From sequence record DRR378314_130: a DNA stretch of 45,878 nt; one strand, given 5' to 3'. Both the position numbers and the translations under genes were made by a program. Below, in pieces: positions 9,681-19,287 of this stretch. Numbering within the stretch: the first letter of the stretch is position 1; each line of letters opens with the position of its first letter. Under the pieces are notes generated by a model that saw only the letters and a program-made list of their open reading frames with translations, was not told the origin of the DNA and did not search any database.

Positions 9681-11273
9681 TTAACCGGAGCCGCCGGGGC
9701 GGTCGTTGGAAGAAAGTCCCGCACGATGCTGCACCAACCCGTGCCAGACGGGATGCAGCGCGCGACGGGAGGATTGATAAACATCGAAGAGCGATGCGTA
9801 GCAGCTGACCAGTTGCGGGTCCGGCTTCTCAGCCTCCCCCAACAGCGGCGTCACCCAACCGGCAACGCAGGCCTCCATCGTGTCGTAGGCACCAATGGCA
9901 ACGGCAGCCATCATCGCGGCCCCGGCTGCCCCTGCCTCTTCGCGAAAGGACACGCGGACGGGTGTCCCCAGCGCGGCAGCCAGCACTGAGCGTAGCGCGG
10001 CGGACCGGGCGGCACCTCCGGTCAGGCGCAGCTCTTCTGGCATCGCGCCCATTGCGCCGTAGCAGTCGCGCGCCGCCATACCCAGGCTTTCGACCACGGC
10101 GCGCAACACGTCAGCGTAGCCATGCACCGTGGACAGCCCGATAAGACTTGCACGCGCTGCCGCGTCCACAAATGGGCCGCGTTCGCCCGCCTCCGAGATA
10201 TAAGGATGGTAAACCAGCTGCCCGACCTCCGAACGCGCCATCCAGTCATCGATGCGCGCGACAAGATCCGCGTGGGACAGGGACAGGCCAAAGTCCTGGG
10301 CAATCCCACCTGCAACCTCCAACGCCCAGTCCAGATTCAGCGTAGCCGCCATGTTGGTCTGAACCTGCGTCACCATACCCGGGCACGGCAGGCAAATCAC
10401 ATATCCCGTCCCCTCGGCATTCAGCTGCACCATGTCCGCCCCGACCGCGCACATATGCACACCGGTGGATCCGACGGTGGAACAGGCCGCACCTGCGTCA
10501 CCCGTGTGCACCCCCGCACCCAGCGCCGTCATGGCCATATCCACATACCCCAGAGACACCGGAGTGCCCGCCAACAGACCGACCTGTGCCGCCGCGCTTT
10601 CGGACAGCGGCAGCGTCGCTTTCGCACCGTCAATTATCTCTGGCAGCAGGTGCCTGCGGTGGTCGAGCTCCAGCGCCTCGATCACCACATCGCTGTACTG
10701 GCGACTGCGAAAATCACCAAAGGTAAAGGAGGCCTCTGACGGATCTGTCGCCCGCACATCGGTGAGACGGAAGAAAAGCCAGTCCTTGCAATGAAACGCC
10801 GTCGCAGCGTGATCAAGGATCGCACCGTGGCACCGGTCCATATGGGCGAGCTGCGCCCCCTGCTGACAGGTGTTGAGCCCTGTACCCGTAGCCTCGAACC
10901 GCGCCCTCTCGAGCCCCCCCCTGGCCAGGCGCTCTACGGTCGGCGCGGCGCGGGCGTCCAACCAGAGCCACGCATCGCAGACCGCCGCGCCCGCGCCATC
11001 GATGAGCCAGGTGCCATCGCCCTGTCCGGTCACCGACACCGCGGCACATCGCTGAGGCAGGTGATCAACCTTCTCATTCAGACCACGCAATGCGGCAGCA
11101 CAGTCACGCCATGTTTGTTCGAGCGACTGTGTCACCGCGCCATCCGGTCCGCTGTCGTAGGTATTGCGCACGGCCGCACTGGCCAGTTGCTGGCCACCTA
11201 AATCAAAGGCCACAGCCTTGATAACGGATGTGCCAGCGTCGATCCCGATAATGATGTCGCGTGATACAGCCAC
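9681..11273 (-). CDS. eryA: Erythritol kinase, FGGY family
   Basis: IGIDAGTSVIKA, TGQGDG, WLDARA, GSTGVHM, TGGAARS; GTG start at 11273 with GGGAGG RBS. Confidence 0.88.
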   Translation of the reverse strand: MAVSRDIIIGIDAGTSVIKAVAFDLGGQQLASAAVRNTYDSGPDGAVTQSLEQTWRDCAAALRGLNEKVDHLPQRCAAVSVTGQGDGTWLIDGAGAAVCDAWLWLDARAAPTVERLARGGLERARFEATGTGLNTCQQGAQLAHMDRCHGAILDHAATAFHCKDWLFFRLTDVRATDPSEASFTFGDFRSRQYSDVVIEALELDHRRHLLPEIIDGAKATLPLSESAAAQVGLLAGTPVSLGYVDMAMTALGAGVHTGDAGAACSTVGSTGVHMCAVGADMVQLNAEGTGYVICLPCPGMVTQVQTNMAATLNLDWALEVAGGIAQDFGLSLSHADLVARIDDWMARSEVGQLVYHPYISEAGERGPFVDAAARASLIGLSTVHGYADVLRAVVESLGMAARDCYGAMGAMPEELRLTGGAARSAALRSVLAAALGTPVRVSFREEAGAAGAAMMAAVAIGAYDTMEACVAGWVTPLLGEAEKPDPQLVSCYASLFDVYQSSRRALHPVWHGLVQHRAGLSSNDRPGGSG

Positions 11274-11737
11274 GACCACCCTCCCCTGTCCGGGCGCGCA
11301 GTTGCGCCAAGGACATTCTATTCCAGCAACCCGCCCCAAGCTGCCCACATCGTACTGAGGCGCTCAGTTGTCGCCTCTCCGCCCGCCTGAACAGCATACC
11401 GACCTGCAGGAGCATGCGGGCAGCGCCTCTCCTCATGCCAGCTTTAGCACAGGTTTCTTTCTTGTTGTGTGTTTTTTTGCAGACATAGTATTTTTTTTCA
11501 CATATGGTCAATTCAACCCGGAAGCAAAGCGTTGTGAGGAGGCTGCCTGCATCCATGCGGAACCAAACGGAGAATCGCCAACTGGCGTCACCGTGACACC
11601 GCCGGGGACATGGGAGGAGACCGGACTGCGCCCGTTGATCTGCGCAGAACGTCTCCGGACATCCGTTTGGCGTAGCGACGTCCAAACTTGGGATCAGCTG
11701 GTTGCATCTGCAGCTGGCATCAGAGGGGCATTTCCAG

Positions 11738-12391
11738 ATGGCACACACTGAAACCCGCACATCAGCCAAGACGCGCCTATCATCCACACGGTGGCTTTTG
11801 ACGCTCTCGGCGGCTGCCCTTCTGGGCGCGATCACGGTTGATACCACCGTGGTAGCCATTGGCTCGGATGCGGATCTGCGCCAACTGGCTTTCGACCCGG
11901 ATCGCTATGGTGCTGCACAATTCCCGCAAATTCGCGCGTATGTCCTCGAAACGGCCCCTGATGCTGCAACCCTCCATGCCGAGATCGACGTGGACAAGGA
12001 TGCGGCGATAACCAATTATGGCAACAAGACCGGGATTGCCGCAGTGATGCCGGTGACGCTCACAGGTACGCTGACTGCTGAGCGGGCCGGTATCTTCGAC
12101 ATTGTCGTCGACGGGCTGCCGGACAGCTTGCGGGTGCGCGTCCAGACTGGTCCGGCCATCAATGGCACAGACCTGCGCGACATCACAGGTGACATCGCCT
12201 TTGGTTCCTTCACCAATCAGATCGAGTATCAGGACGCAGGCGCAGGCATCAACCGCGCCATGGCTGCGGCAACCCTGGCAGATCTGGATCGCGACGCGCT
12301 CTCCGGCAGGACGGTGACCCTCAGCGGCGCCTTCACACTGCTCAATCCGCGCATGTGGTTGATCACCCCGGTCGCCTTCGAGGTGCAGTGA
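11738..12391 (+). CDS. DUF2291-type periplasmic (lipo)protein associated with erythritol ABC transporters
   Basis: N-terminal hydrophobic segment, QTGPAINGTDLRD, FTNQIEYQ, GAFTL...LITPV; overlaps the next gene by 1 bp. Confidence 0.8.
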   Translation: MAHTETRTSAKTRLSSTRWLLTLSAAALLGAITVDTTVVAIGSDADLRQLAFDPDRYGAAQFPQIRAYVLETAPDAATLHAEIDVDKDAAITNYGNKTGIAAVMPVTLTGTLTAERAGIFDIVVDGLPDSLRVRVQTGPAINGTDLRDITGDIAFGSFTNQIEYQDAGAGINRAMAAATLADLDRDALSGRTVTLSGAFTLLNPRMWLITPVAFEVQ

Positions 12392-13944
12392 TGCAAATGA
12401 CGCAGCCCTCCCCTCCCGTGTCAGCACAGACCGACACCGCCGACGTGGTTCTGGCAGCCCGCCATGTCACCAAGTCTTTTGGCGCGGTGCACGCCCTCAA
12501 GGGAGTGAACTTCGACATTCGTCGCGGTCAGGTCACGACGCTGTTTGGTGAAAACGGTGCTGGGAAATCGACACTGATGAAGATCCTGTCCGGCGTTCAG
12601 CGCCCGACGACCGGTGATATCCTGCTCAATGGCCAGGCCATCCGGTTCGGCTCCACCACCGAAGCGCAGGAGCTGGGCATCTGCATCATTCATCAAGAAC
12701 TCTCCCTCGCTCCAAACCTCAACGTGCGCGATAATATCTATATGGGGCGTGAGATCCGCGGCCCGCTTGGCGTCGACTATGCCGAAGAAGACCGGCAGGT
12801 CCGCAGCCTCATGGCCGAGCTGGAAGAGGACATCGATCCGCTCGAAAAGGTCGAGAACCTCCGCCTGGGCCAGCAACAGATCGTCGAGATTGCCCGCGCC
12901 CTGTCGGTGAACGCCCGCATATTGATCATGGACGAGCCGACCTCTGCCTTGTCTGCCGCGGAGGTGGAAGTCCTGTTCAAAGTCATAGGCGACCTCAAGA
13001 CCAAGGGCGTTTCTCTCGTATATATCTCTCACCACCTGGAAGAGGCGCTCACGATCACCGATCACGCCGTGGTACTGCGCGATGGCACGATGACCGCCTG
13101 CGCCCCCCGCGCGCAGATCGATCTGGAATGGATCGTACGCAATATGGTGGGCGAGAATTTCGACCTTGGCAGTCCACCGACCGGCTATGACTTCGGCGCT
13201 CCGGCTCTGTCGATCACAGGCTTGGCCGTGCCCACCCACGACGGTGCCGGGCTGGCGGTTGATCACCTTGACCTCGACGTTCGGGCGGGTGAGATCGTCT
13301 GCATTTACGGGCTGATGGGTGCCGGGCGCACGGAGCTTATGGAATGCGTGGCGGGCAGGCTGCCACCGACCGCCGGAGGCATCACACTGCTTGGCAAGGA
13401 CGTCTCGCGCCTGTCGATCGCCGCGCGTATTGCCGCGGGCCTGGTGCTTGTCCCCGAAGACCGCCAGCGCGATGGTCTGGTCCAGACCATGAGTGTCGGC
13501 CAGAACCTGTCCCTTGCCTCGATCCAGCGCTTCACCCGTGGTCTCTTCACCTCACGCAGGGACGAAGAGGCCATCATCGACGCCTCCATCCGCGACGTGA
13601 CCGTAAAAACTGACGGCCCGGAGGCGACCATCGGATCGCTGTCAGGCGGCAATCAACAAAAAGTGGTGATCGGCAAGATGCTGGTCACAGACCCGTCAGT
13701 CATCCTGCTGGACGAACCGTCACGCGGCATCGACATCGGAGCCAAGGCGGAGGTCTTTCGCCTGCTGTCCGAACGGGCTCGCGCCGGTCTGGCGGTGGTC
13801 TACACCACCTCCGAAGTCAGCGAGTGTCTGTCCATCGCCCACCGCATCATCGTGATGCATCGCGGCAAAATTTCCGCCGAGTTCAGCCACGACACGACCA
13901 AGGACGCCATCATGGCAGCCTCGGGCGAGTCGCTGGTTGCCTAA
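12391..13944 (+). CDS. Sugar ABC transporter ATP-binding protein (two-domain, RbsA/EryE-like)
   Basis: GENGAGKSTL, LIMDEPT, LSGGNQQKV, LDEPSRGIDIG. Confidence 0.93.
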   Translation: MQMTQPSPPVSAQTDTADVVLAARHVTKSFGAVHALKGVNFDIRRGQVTTLFGENGAGKSTLMKILSGVQRPTTGDILLNGQAIRFGSTTEAQELGICIIHQELSLAPNLNVRDNIYMGREIRGPLGVDYAEEDRQVRSLMAELEEDIDPLEKVENLRLGQQQIVEIARALSVNARILIMDEPTSALSAAEVEVLFKVIGDLKTKGVSLVYISHHLEEALTITDHAVVLRDGTMTACAPRAQIDLEWIVRNMVGENFDLGSPPTGYDFGAPALSITGLAVPTHDGAGLAVDHLDLDVRAGEIVCIYGLMGAGRTELMECVAGRLPPTAGGITLLGKDVSRLSIAARIAAGLVLVPEDRQRDGLVQTMSVGQNLSLASIQRFTRGLFTSRRDEEAIIDASIRDVTVKTDGPEATIGSLSGGNQQKVVIGKMLVTDPSVILLDEPSRGIDIGAKAEVFRLLSERARAGLAVVYTTSEVSECLSIAHRIIVMHRGKISAEFSHDTTKDAIMAASGESLVA

Positions 13945-13965
13945 GAGACGTCAGGGAGAACAGAG

Positions 13966-15009
13966 ATGTCGGTCACAACGACAAATGGCGTCAACGCCAG
14001 ATCGCGATCCACCGCCGCCAATGCCGTGCGTATCCTGCTGGAGGGGCGCGCGTTCTTCGCTCTCATCGCCATCATCATGGTCTTCTCCAGCCTATCCCCG
14101 AACTACGCTTCGGTCGGCAATTTCCTGATCATGGCCAACCATGTGGCGATCTTTGGTATTTTGGCCATCGGTATGCTGCTGGTCATTCTGAACGGCGGCA
14201 TCGATCTGTCGGTCGGTTCGGTGCTGGGCTTGTCAGGCGTTTTTTCGGGCTGGCTGATGCAAGGGGTCGAACTCCAGGGCGCAGGCGTGATCTTGTACCC
14301 GCCGGTCTGGGCCGTCGTGGTCCTGACCCTCTGTGTCGGCGCGACTATGGGACTGGTCAACGGGATCCTGATCGCGGTCTTCCGAGTGCCCGCCTTTGTG
14401 GCCACGCTCGGCTCCCTGTATGTGGCGCGCGGTGTCGCGCTCTTGATGACAAATGGCCTGACCTACAACAACCTCTCCGGTGATCCGACGCTTGGAAATA
14501 CCGGATTTGACTGGATCGGCTTCAATCGTCTTGCATCGATACCGATCGGCGTGATCATTTTTGCGGTGATCGCCATTGCGACCGCACTGATGCTGACACG
14601 CTCCGCCTTTGGGCGCTGGCTCTATGCCTCAGGAGGCAACGAACGTGCTGCACAACTATCCGGCGTGCCAGTGAAGCGCGTGCAGGTGCTGGTCTACATG
14701 CTCTCGGGTGTTTGCGCCGCCATCGCCGGTCTGGTGCTCAGTTCGCAGCTGACCTCGGCCGGCCCGACCGCAGGCACCACCTATGAGCTGACCGCGATCG
14801 CCGCCGTGGTAATCGGGGGTGCCGCTCTTACCGGTGGGCGCGGTACGGTTCTGGGCACGGTGCTCGGCGCATTTGTCATCGGGTTCCTGTCGGACGGACT
14901 CGTGATCATCGGCGTGTCGGCCTACTGGCAGACGGTTTTCACTGGCGCGGTAATCGTGCTGGCGGTGCTGTTGAACTCGATCCAATACAGCGGCGCACGC
15001 GGCCGCTAA
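13966..15009 (+). CDS. Sugar ABC transporter permease (RbsC/EryF-like)
   Basis: GGIDLSVG, GGNERAAQLSG, YELTAIAAVVIGG; many TM segments. Confidence 0.93.
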   Translation: MSVTTTNGVNARSRSTAANAVRILLEGRAFFALIAIIMVFSSLSPNYASVGNFLIMANHVAIFGILAIGMLLVILNGGIDLSVGSVLGLSGVFSGWLMQGVELQGAGVILYPPVWAVVVLTLCVGATMGLVNGILIAVFRVPAFVATLGSLYVARGVALLMTNGLTYNNLSGDPTLGNTGFDWIGFNRLASIPIGVIIFAVIAIATALMLTRSAFGRWLYASGGNERAAQLSGVPVKRVQVLVYMLSGVCAAIAGLVLSSQLTSAGPTAGTTYELTAIAAVVIGGAALTGGRGTVLGTVLGAFVIGFLSDGLVIIGVSAYWQTVFTGAVIVLAVLLNSIQYSGARGR

Positions 15010-15117
15010 CGCCCTCAGCCCTCACATTAAATTTTGCGGCATCGGGGCTGAGGAGACTCCGTTGCGCAAGACAAGACCGGCCAAGTTCCGGCACTTCAAC
15101 CAAAAGGGAGACATCAC

Positions 15118-16089
15118 ATGTTCAAGTTCACCAAACGCGCGATTCTGGCCAGCATCGCCGCGCTGCCACTGACGGCGGGAACCGCCTGGGCCGATGGTCT
15201 GATTTCCATTATCGTCAACGACCCCGCGAACCCCTATTGGTTTACCGAGGGCGAAGTCGCCAAGGCGACAGCCGAAGAACTGGGCTACACCGCAAACGTC
15301 GCTGCGCACAAAGGCGACACCAACGCCGAGAGCACCCTGATCGACACCGCGATCACCAATCAGGCCGAAGCCATCATCCTCGATCCTGCCAACGCGGACG
15401 GTTCCATCGGCGCGGTTAAAAAGGCGATCGAGGCCGGTATCCCGGTGTTTCTTATCAATGCCGAAATCAATCAGTCCGGCCTCGCCGTCGCGCAACTGGT
15501 CTCGAACAATGCCCAAGGCGCGGCCCTTGGAGCGCTGCACTGGCTGGACCTGACCACCACATCAGAGCGGTATAGCGCCGATGACGGCGCCAGTTACGTC
15601 GAGTTTTTCGGCAACCCGTCAGATAATAATGCCGCAACCCGGTCCAATGGATATGAAACCGTAATCTCGCAATATCCCGAGATGATCGAAATCGCCGAAG
15701 AGGTCGCGAACTGGGACCGCACGCAGGGGTACACCAAGATGCAGTCGATCATTCAGGCCAATGATGACATCGACGCGGTGATTGCAGGCAACGACGAAAT
15801 GGCCCTGGGCGCCATTGCAGCCCTGAAAGAAGCAGGGAAGCTTGACGGTGTGGTTGTAGGCGGGTTCGACGGCTCACCAGACGCAGTTGATGCGGTCAGA
15901 TCGGGCGAGTTGGCCTATACCGTGTTGCAACCGGTTGCCATTTTCTCTCGCGAGGCGGTGATCCAGGCGGATCACTACATCAAGACGGGCACCGCCATGG
16001 TCGACAGTGAAAAGCAGCTGTTCGATTGCCTGTTGATCACACCGGAAAACGTCGAAAACTATACCGCTGCTTTCACCCTCTCCATGTGA
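15118..16089 (+). CDS. Sugar ABC transporter periplasmic binding protein (EryG-like)
   Basis: Signal peptide (TAWA), NPYWF, NDEMALGA, GFDG; RBS GGGAG. Confidence 0.92.
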   Translation: MFKFTKRAILASIAALPLTAGTAWADGLISIIVNDPANPYWFTEGEVAKATAEELGYTANVAAHKGDTNAESTLIDTAITNQAEAIILDPANADGSIGAVKKAIEAGIPVFLINAEINQSGLAVAQLVSNNAQGAALGALHWLDLTTTSERYSADDGASYVEFFGNPSDNNAATRSNGYETVISQYPEMIEIAEEVANWDRTQGYTKMQSIIQANDDIDAVIAGNDEMALGAIAALKEAGKLDGVVVGGFDGSPDAVDAVRSGELAYTVLQPVAIFSREAVIQADHYIKTGTAMVDSEKQLFDCLLITPENVENYTAAFTLSM

Positions 16090-16112
16090 GGCATGCACCT
16101 GATACAGCAGCA

Positions 16113-16149
16113 CAACAGGCGCCATGATGGCGCCTGTTGCGTTTTATTC
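16113..16149 (+). terminator. Rho-independent terminator of the transporter operon
   Basis: CAACAGGCGCC-atgat-GGCGCCTGTTG followed by CGTTTTATT. Confidence 0.7.
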
Positions 16150-16423
16150 TGCCCCCTGCGCACAGTTTGCGCAGCGCAATCTTGCCGAGAGGCCAAGCTC
16201 ATTCAGTCGAGTTCTTGGTTGCGATGCGTCGGCTCATTGACAGCCTGCGCCGACAGGATACAATTGCCATATGACTGTTCAGAAACATCCTTGCCGGATT
16301 CTTCTTCTGAACCGCCCGGTTCCCCGGGCGGTGCGCGCATAGGCGTGCTTTGACCAACCGGGGCTATCTCAAAAACACCTGCTGAGATTTCGGGCAATCC
16401 CGCCCTCCCCCGGGAGCTTCATC

Positions 16424-16876
16424 GTGACCTTTCGTCCATCGTTCTGCCCCTCGCCTTCCGGCGGGGCCACATCGCCGTCCGCAGGCCGGCTGACCGGTGC
16501 AACCGACTTTGCTCTGACGGTAGAAGACCGCCTCGGCATAGAACGGCTCTTGCACGACACGAACCTCGGGCATGCGCCCAACCCGGCCATCTTGTGGGGG
16601 TTCCTGCGATACAAGCTGCGCGCATCACGTGGCGCACCAGAACCTGCGCCAGCGACGCTGATCGTATCCGGCAGCGACGTGACATACATGATCAGCGGCG
16701 GCGGCGCACGCAGCGGCACCATGCACATGAGCGCGACCCCATATCCGGGCTGTCTCATCGTTGGTTCGATGCTGGGAGCCACCCTAATCGGACTGCGTGC
16801 GCTGCAAAAAGTGCCTCTGCTGCGCAACGATGGCCAGATCGAAACACTCGTCGTTCTTGACGTGAAATCTCCGTGA
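16424..16876 (+). CDS. Hypothetical protein, divergent Rnk/GreA C-terminal-like
   Basis: C-terminus IVGSMLGATLIGLRALQKVPLLRNDGQIETLVVLDV aligns by eye with Rnk ISVLTPIGVALIGLTEGASLPWKTRGGEVRQLKILRV; start uncertain. Confidence 0.55.
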   Translation: MTFRPSFCPSPSGGATSPSAGRLTGATDFALTVEDRLGIERLLHDTNLGHAPNPAILWGFLRYKLRASRGAPEPAPATLIVSGSDVTYMISGGGARSGTMHMSATPYPGCLIVGSMLGATLIGLRALQKVPLLRNDGQIETLVVLDVKSP

Positions 16877-16966
16877 TACGGCTCTGCGGCCTGACACCAT
16901 CGCCGCACGATCCGACATTTCGTGAGACCAAACAGCGCCGCTCGATGTGGCGCAAAGGAGACTGTA

Positions 16967-17413
16967 ATGAATCCGTCCCGTTCACCTTCGGCGCCTACAC
17001 GGCGCCGGGCCAAAGTTACGATAAGCGACGCCTGCCTGCCTCACCTCGAGAATCTGGCCGAAGGCGCTTATAAACGTGACCCTGATCTGGCTGACCGCTT
17101 GCTGGAAGAACTCAGCCGTGCCCGCGTCGTTTCAGCCCAAAAGCTGCCCTCAAACGTCGTGACCATTGATCGCGCGGTCACCTATCTTGACGAAACTTCC
17201 GGCGAGGAGAAGAGCGTCACGCCGGTCTATCCCGAACATGCAGATATCGAACGCGGTCGGATTTCGGTCCTGACCCCGATCGGAGTGGCCTTGATCGGGC
17301 TGACCGAAGGGGCCTCTCTGCCTTGGAAAACCCGCGGTGGCGAAGTCCGTCAATTGAAAATCCTGCGGGTTGGCGACAACGTGACCACCAATGCCACGTC
17401 TGCGGCACCCTAG
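16967..17413 (+). CDS. rnk: Nucleoside diphosphate kinase regulator (Rnk, GreA/GreB family)
   Basis: LLEELSRA.V, VVT, VYPEHADI..GRISVLTPIGVALIGL; RBS AAGGAG. Confidence 0.88.
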   Translation: MNPSRSPSAPTRRRAKVTISDACLPHLENLAEGAYKRDPDLADRLLEELSRARVVSAQKLPSNVVTIDRAVTYLDETSGEEKSVTPVYPEHADIERGRISVLTPIGVALIGLTEGASLPWKTRGGEVRQLKILRVGDNVTTNATSAAP

Positions 17414-17529
17414 TCAGACCGGCCGCCCACGATACATATCAGACACTGGGCGGGGACTGGGCGGGGCGACATGTTCCGTGTCGCCCACAGCCCCACCACT
17501 CAGGACTTCGGGGGATGATTGCGGATCAT

Positions 17530-17814
17530 TTAGCCCACATCTGGCGGTGCTGACCGGCAGCGGGCGAGCACCGGGAATGTCGCGCGCGACAGGATCTCCC
17601 CAGTCTCGGCAATCACCAGCCGGAACGCCCGGTCCGCACGATAAAACGACACCCGCATGCGCCCTGCATCCTCTGCAACCCCGGTCTCGCTCTGACTGGT
17701 GATGGTGCCGTCGCGCATTTCTTGCCGAACCACGTCCGGCGCGATCCCGAATGCCTTGGCAACAAGGGTTGCATCAACAACAACCCCTGCCTCGGACATC
17801 GATACCTCTGTCAT
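17530..17814 (-). CDS. Small hypothetical protein, DUF6522-like
   Basis: VDA.L.A..FG......MR.G.ITS..E.G..EDAGR.R..F pattern; RBS AAGGAG upstream of ATG 17814. Confidence 0.7.
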   Translation of the reverse strand: MTEVSMSEAGVVVDATLVAKAFGIAPDVVRQEMRDGTITSQSETGVAEDAGRMRVSFYRADRAFRLVIAETGEILSRATFPVLARCRSAPPDVG

Positions 17815-17931
17815 GTGTGATCTCCTTGTCGCGACGGGCGACGCGCGCGTCGTCGCCTGCGTGGAAGCGATGCGCAATGATACTCTGACATTTCATAAGT
17901 TAAAGCGCAGGCCTGCACGGCATCGCGCCGC

Positions 17932-19125
17932 TCAACCTGACTTTAGCAAGGCGGCATATTTTGGATCGAAACTCCGGCTGATCGGTTCGGCAGCCGCCCC
18001 TAGCGCCACGGTCCAGGGATCCGAGAGACCAACCAGGATCTGCCGCTCTCGATCAGGTCCCAACAAGCTATTGGTCCGCTTGACAAGCGCCTTGATCATT
18101 TCTTTCGGAGCGGTGCCGCACAGGATAACGGCCTGCGGATCCAAGGTGAGCTGCACGATATTGGCAACCCAGGCGAGATAGCCGGCAGATTGGTCGAGCC
18201 ACTCTTCAACGCCCGGATGTCTGTTCTGCAGCAGGCTTGTGATCCGCGCAAAAATGTCCGGCGCAGAATGGTTCACGCCAAATCGCGCGCAAAAGCCGCC
18301 GAGAGAAAGCAATTGTTCAAGAATATCAGTCGTCAACTGGCCAGGTTTCATGCAGATCATACCAATCTCACCTGCGTTTCCGCGCTCTCCGTTGTAGACT
18401 TCCCCATTGATGATCAGGCCCGCGCCAAGCCCGTAGCCGAGGTAGATGCACACCGCATTCTGTTTGCCATGGGCCTGGCCGGTCAGCTTCTCCGCCATGG
18501 CCGCCGCCGCCGCGTCGTTCTGCAAATTGACGGACAATCCGGTCGCGGCTTCAAGGCGTTCCACCAACGGATATTTCTGCCAGAAGGCCATGGTGAATTC
18601 TTCGGTGGAAACTCCGGCCTGCGGGCCAAATGGTCCGGGCATCGCCACCCCCAGCCCCACGATCCGCTCCATCGAATTCGGATGGCGTTGCTCCAGTTCG
18701 TCGCGTGCGCCCTGCACGAGTTGGGCCAGCTCGATCATTCCCGCCCCCGGGTCCCCAGTCGAAACCGCGACATCACGCCTGACCTCGACCTCACCGACAA
18801 GGTTCACGATGACGCATCGTGCCACATGCCTGTCGATCTGCAGCCCGACGGAAAATGCTCCCAACGGGGCGAGCGCATAAGGAATTGCCGGCTTTCCGCG
18901 CCCCTCAAGGACGGCGTCCTGAGCAGCAACCAGCCCCTCCTTTTCCAGATCTTCGATGATGTTGGACAATGTTTGCTTGGCAAGCTTTGTCGCCCGCGCC
19001 AGGGCTGCCCGCGATAGGGCACCATTGACCCGGATCGCATCGATCACCACGCGCCGGTTGTGGACACCGGCTGCGCCCGAAGACGTTCCAAACATGGCAT
19101 GAATCTGAGGTGCGGGCTGCTTCAT
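17932..19125 (-). CDS. ROK family transcriptional regulator
   Basis: LSRAALARATKLAKQTLSNI wHTH, GRGKPA, GVAMPGP, QNDAAAAA, GNAGEIG; start uncertain. Confidence 0.9.
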   Translation of the reverse strand: MKQPAPQIHAMFGTSSGAAGVHNRRVVIDAIRVNGALSRAALARATKLAKQTLSNIIEDLEKEGLVAAQDAVLEGRGKPAIPYALAPLGAFSVGLQIDRHVARCVIVNLVGEVEVRRDVAVSTGDPGAGMIELAQLVQGARDELEQRHPNSMERIVGLGVAMPGPFGPQAGVSTEEFTMAFWQKYPLVERLEAATGLSVNLQNDAAAAAMAEKLTGQAHGKQNAVCIYLGYGLGAGLIINGEVYNGERGNAGEIGMICMKPGQLTTDILEQLLSLGGFCARFGVNHSAPDIFARITSLLQNRHPGVEEWLDQSAGYLAWVANIVQLTLDPQAVILCGTAPKEMIKALVKRTNSLLGPDRERQILVGLSDPWTVALGAAAEPISRSFDPKYAALLKSG

Positions 19126-19163
19126 AAAAAATACATTGACAGCTGAGGAGTGCTTCTGCAAGC

Positions 19164-19188
19164 ATTAAGTCCACCACATGGACTTAAT
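19164..19188. promoter_or_regulatory. Putative ROK repressor operator
   Basis: Perfect inverted repeat ATTAAGTCCA-N5-TGGACTTAAT just downstream of TTGACA (19136-19141) in the divergent ROK/ABC interval. Confidence 0.7.
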
Positions 19189-19287
19189 AGCCGGATGAGT
19201 CAGCCCAGATACTTTGGCGCAGTGGACGCAACAAAACCGGAAGGGGTCGGGCCTGCCCGACGTCGTGATATCAACAGGAGTGAACCA

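Noticed and set aside
11368-11751. 127-aa ORF between eryA and the DUF2291 gene
   Set aside because: Crosses the T-rich divergent promoter region; no RBS or motif
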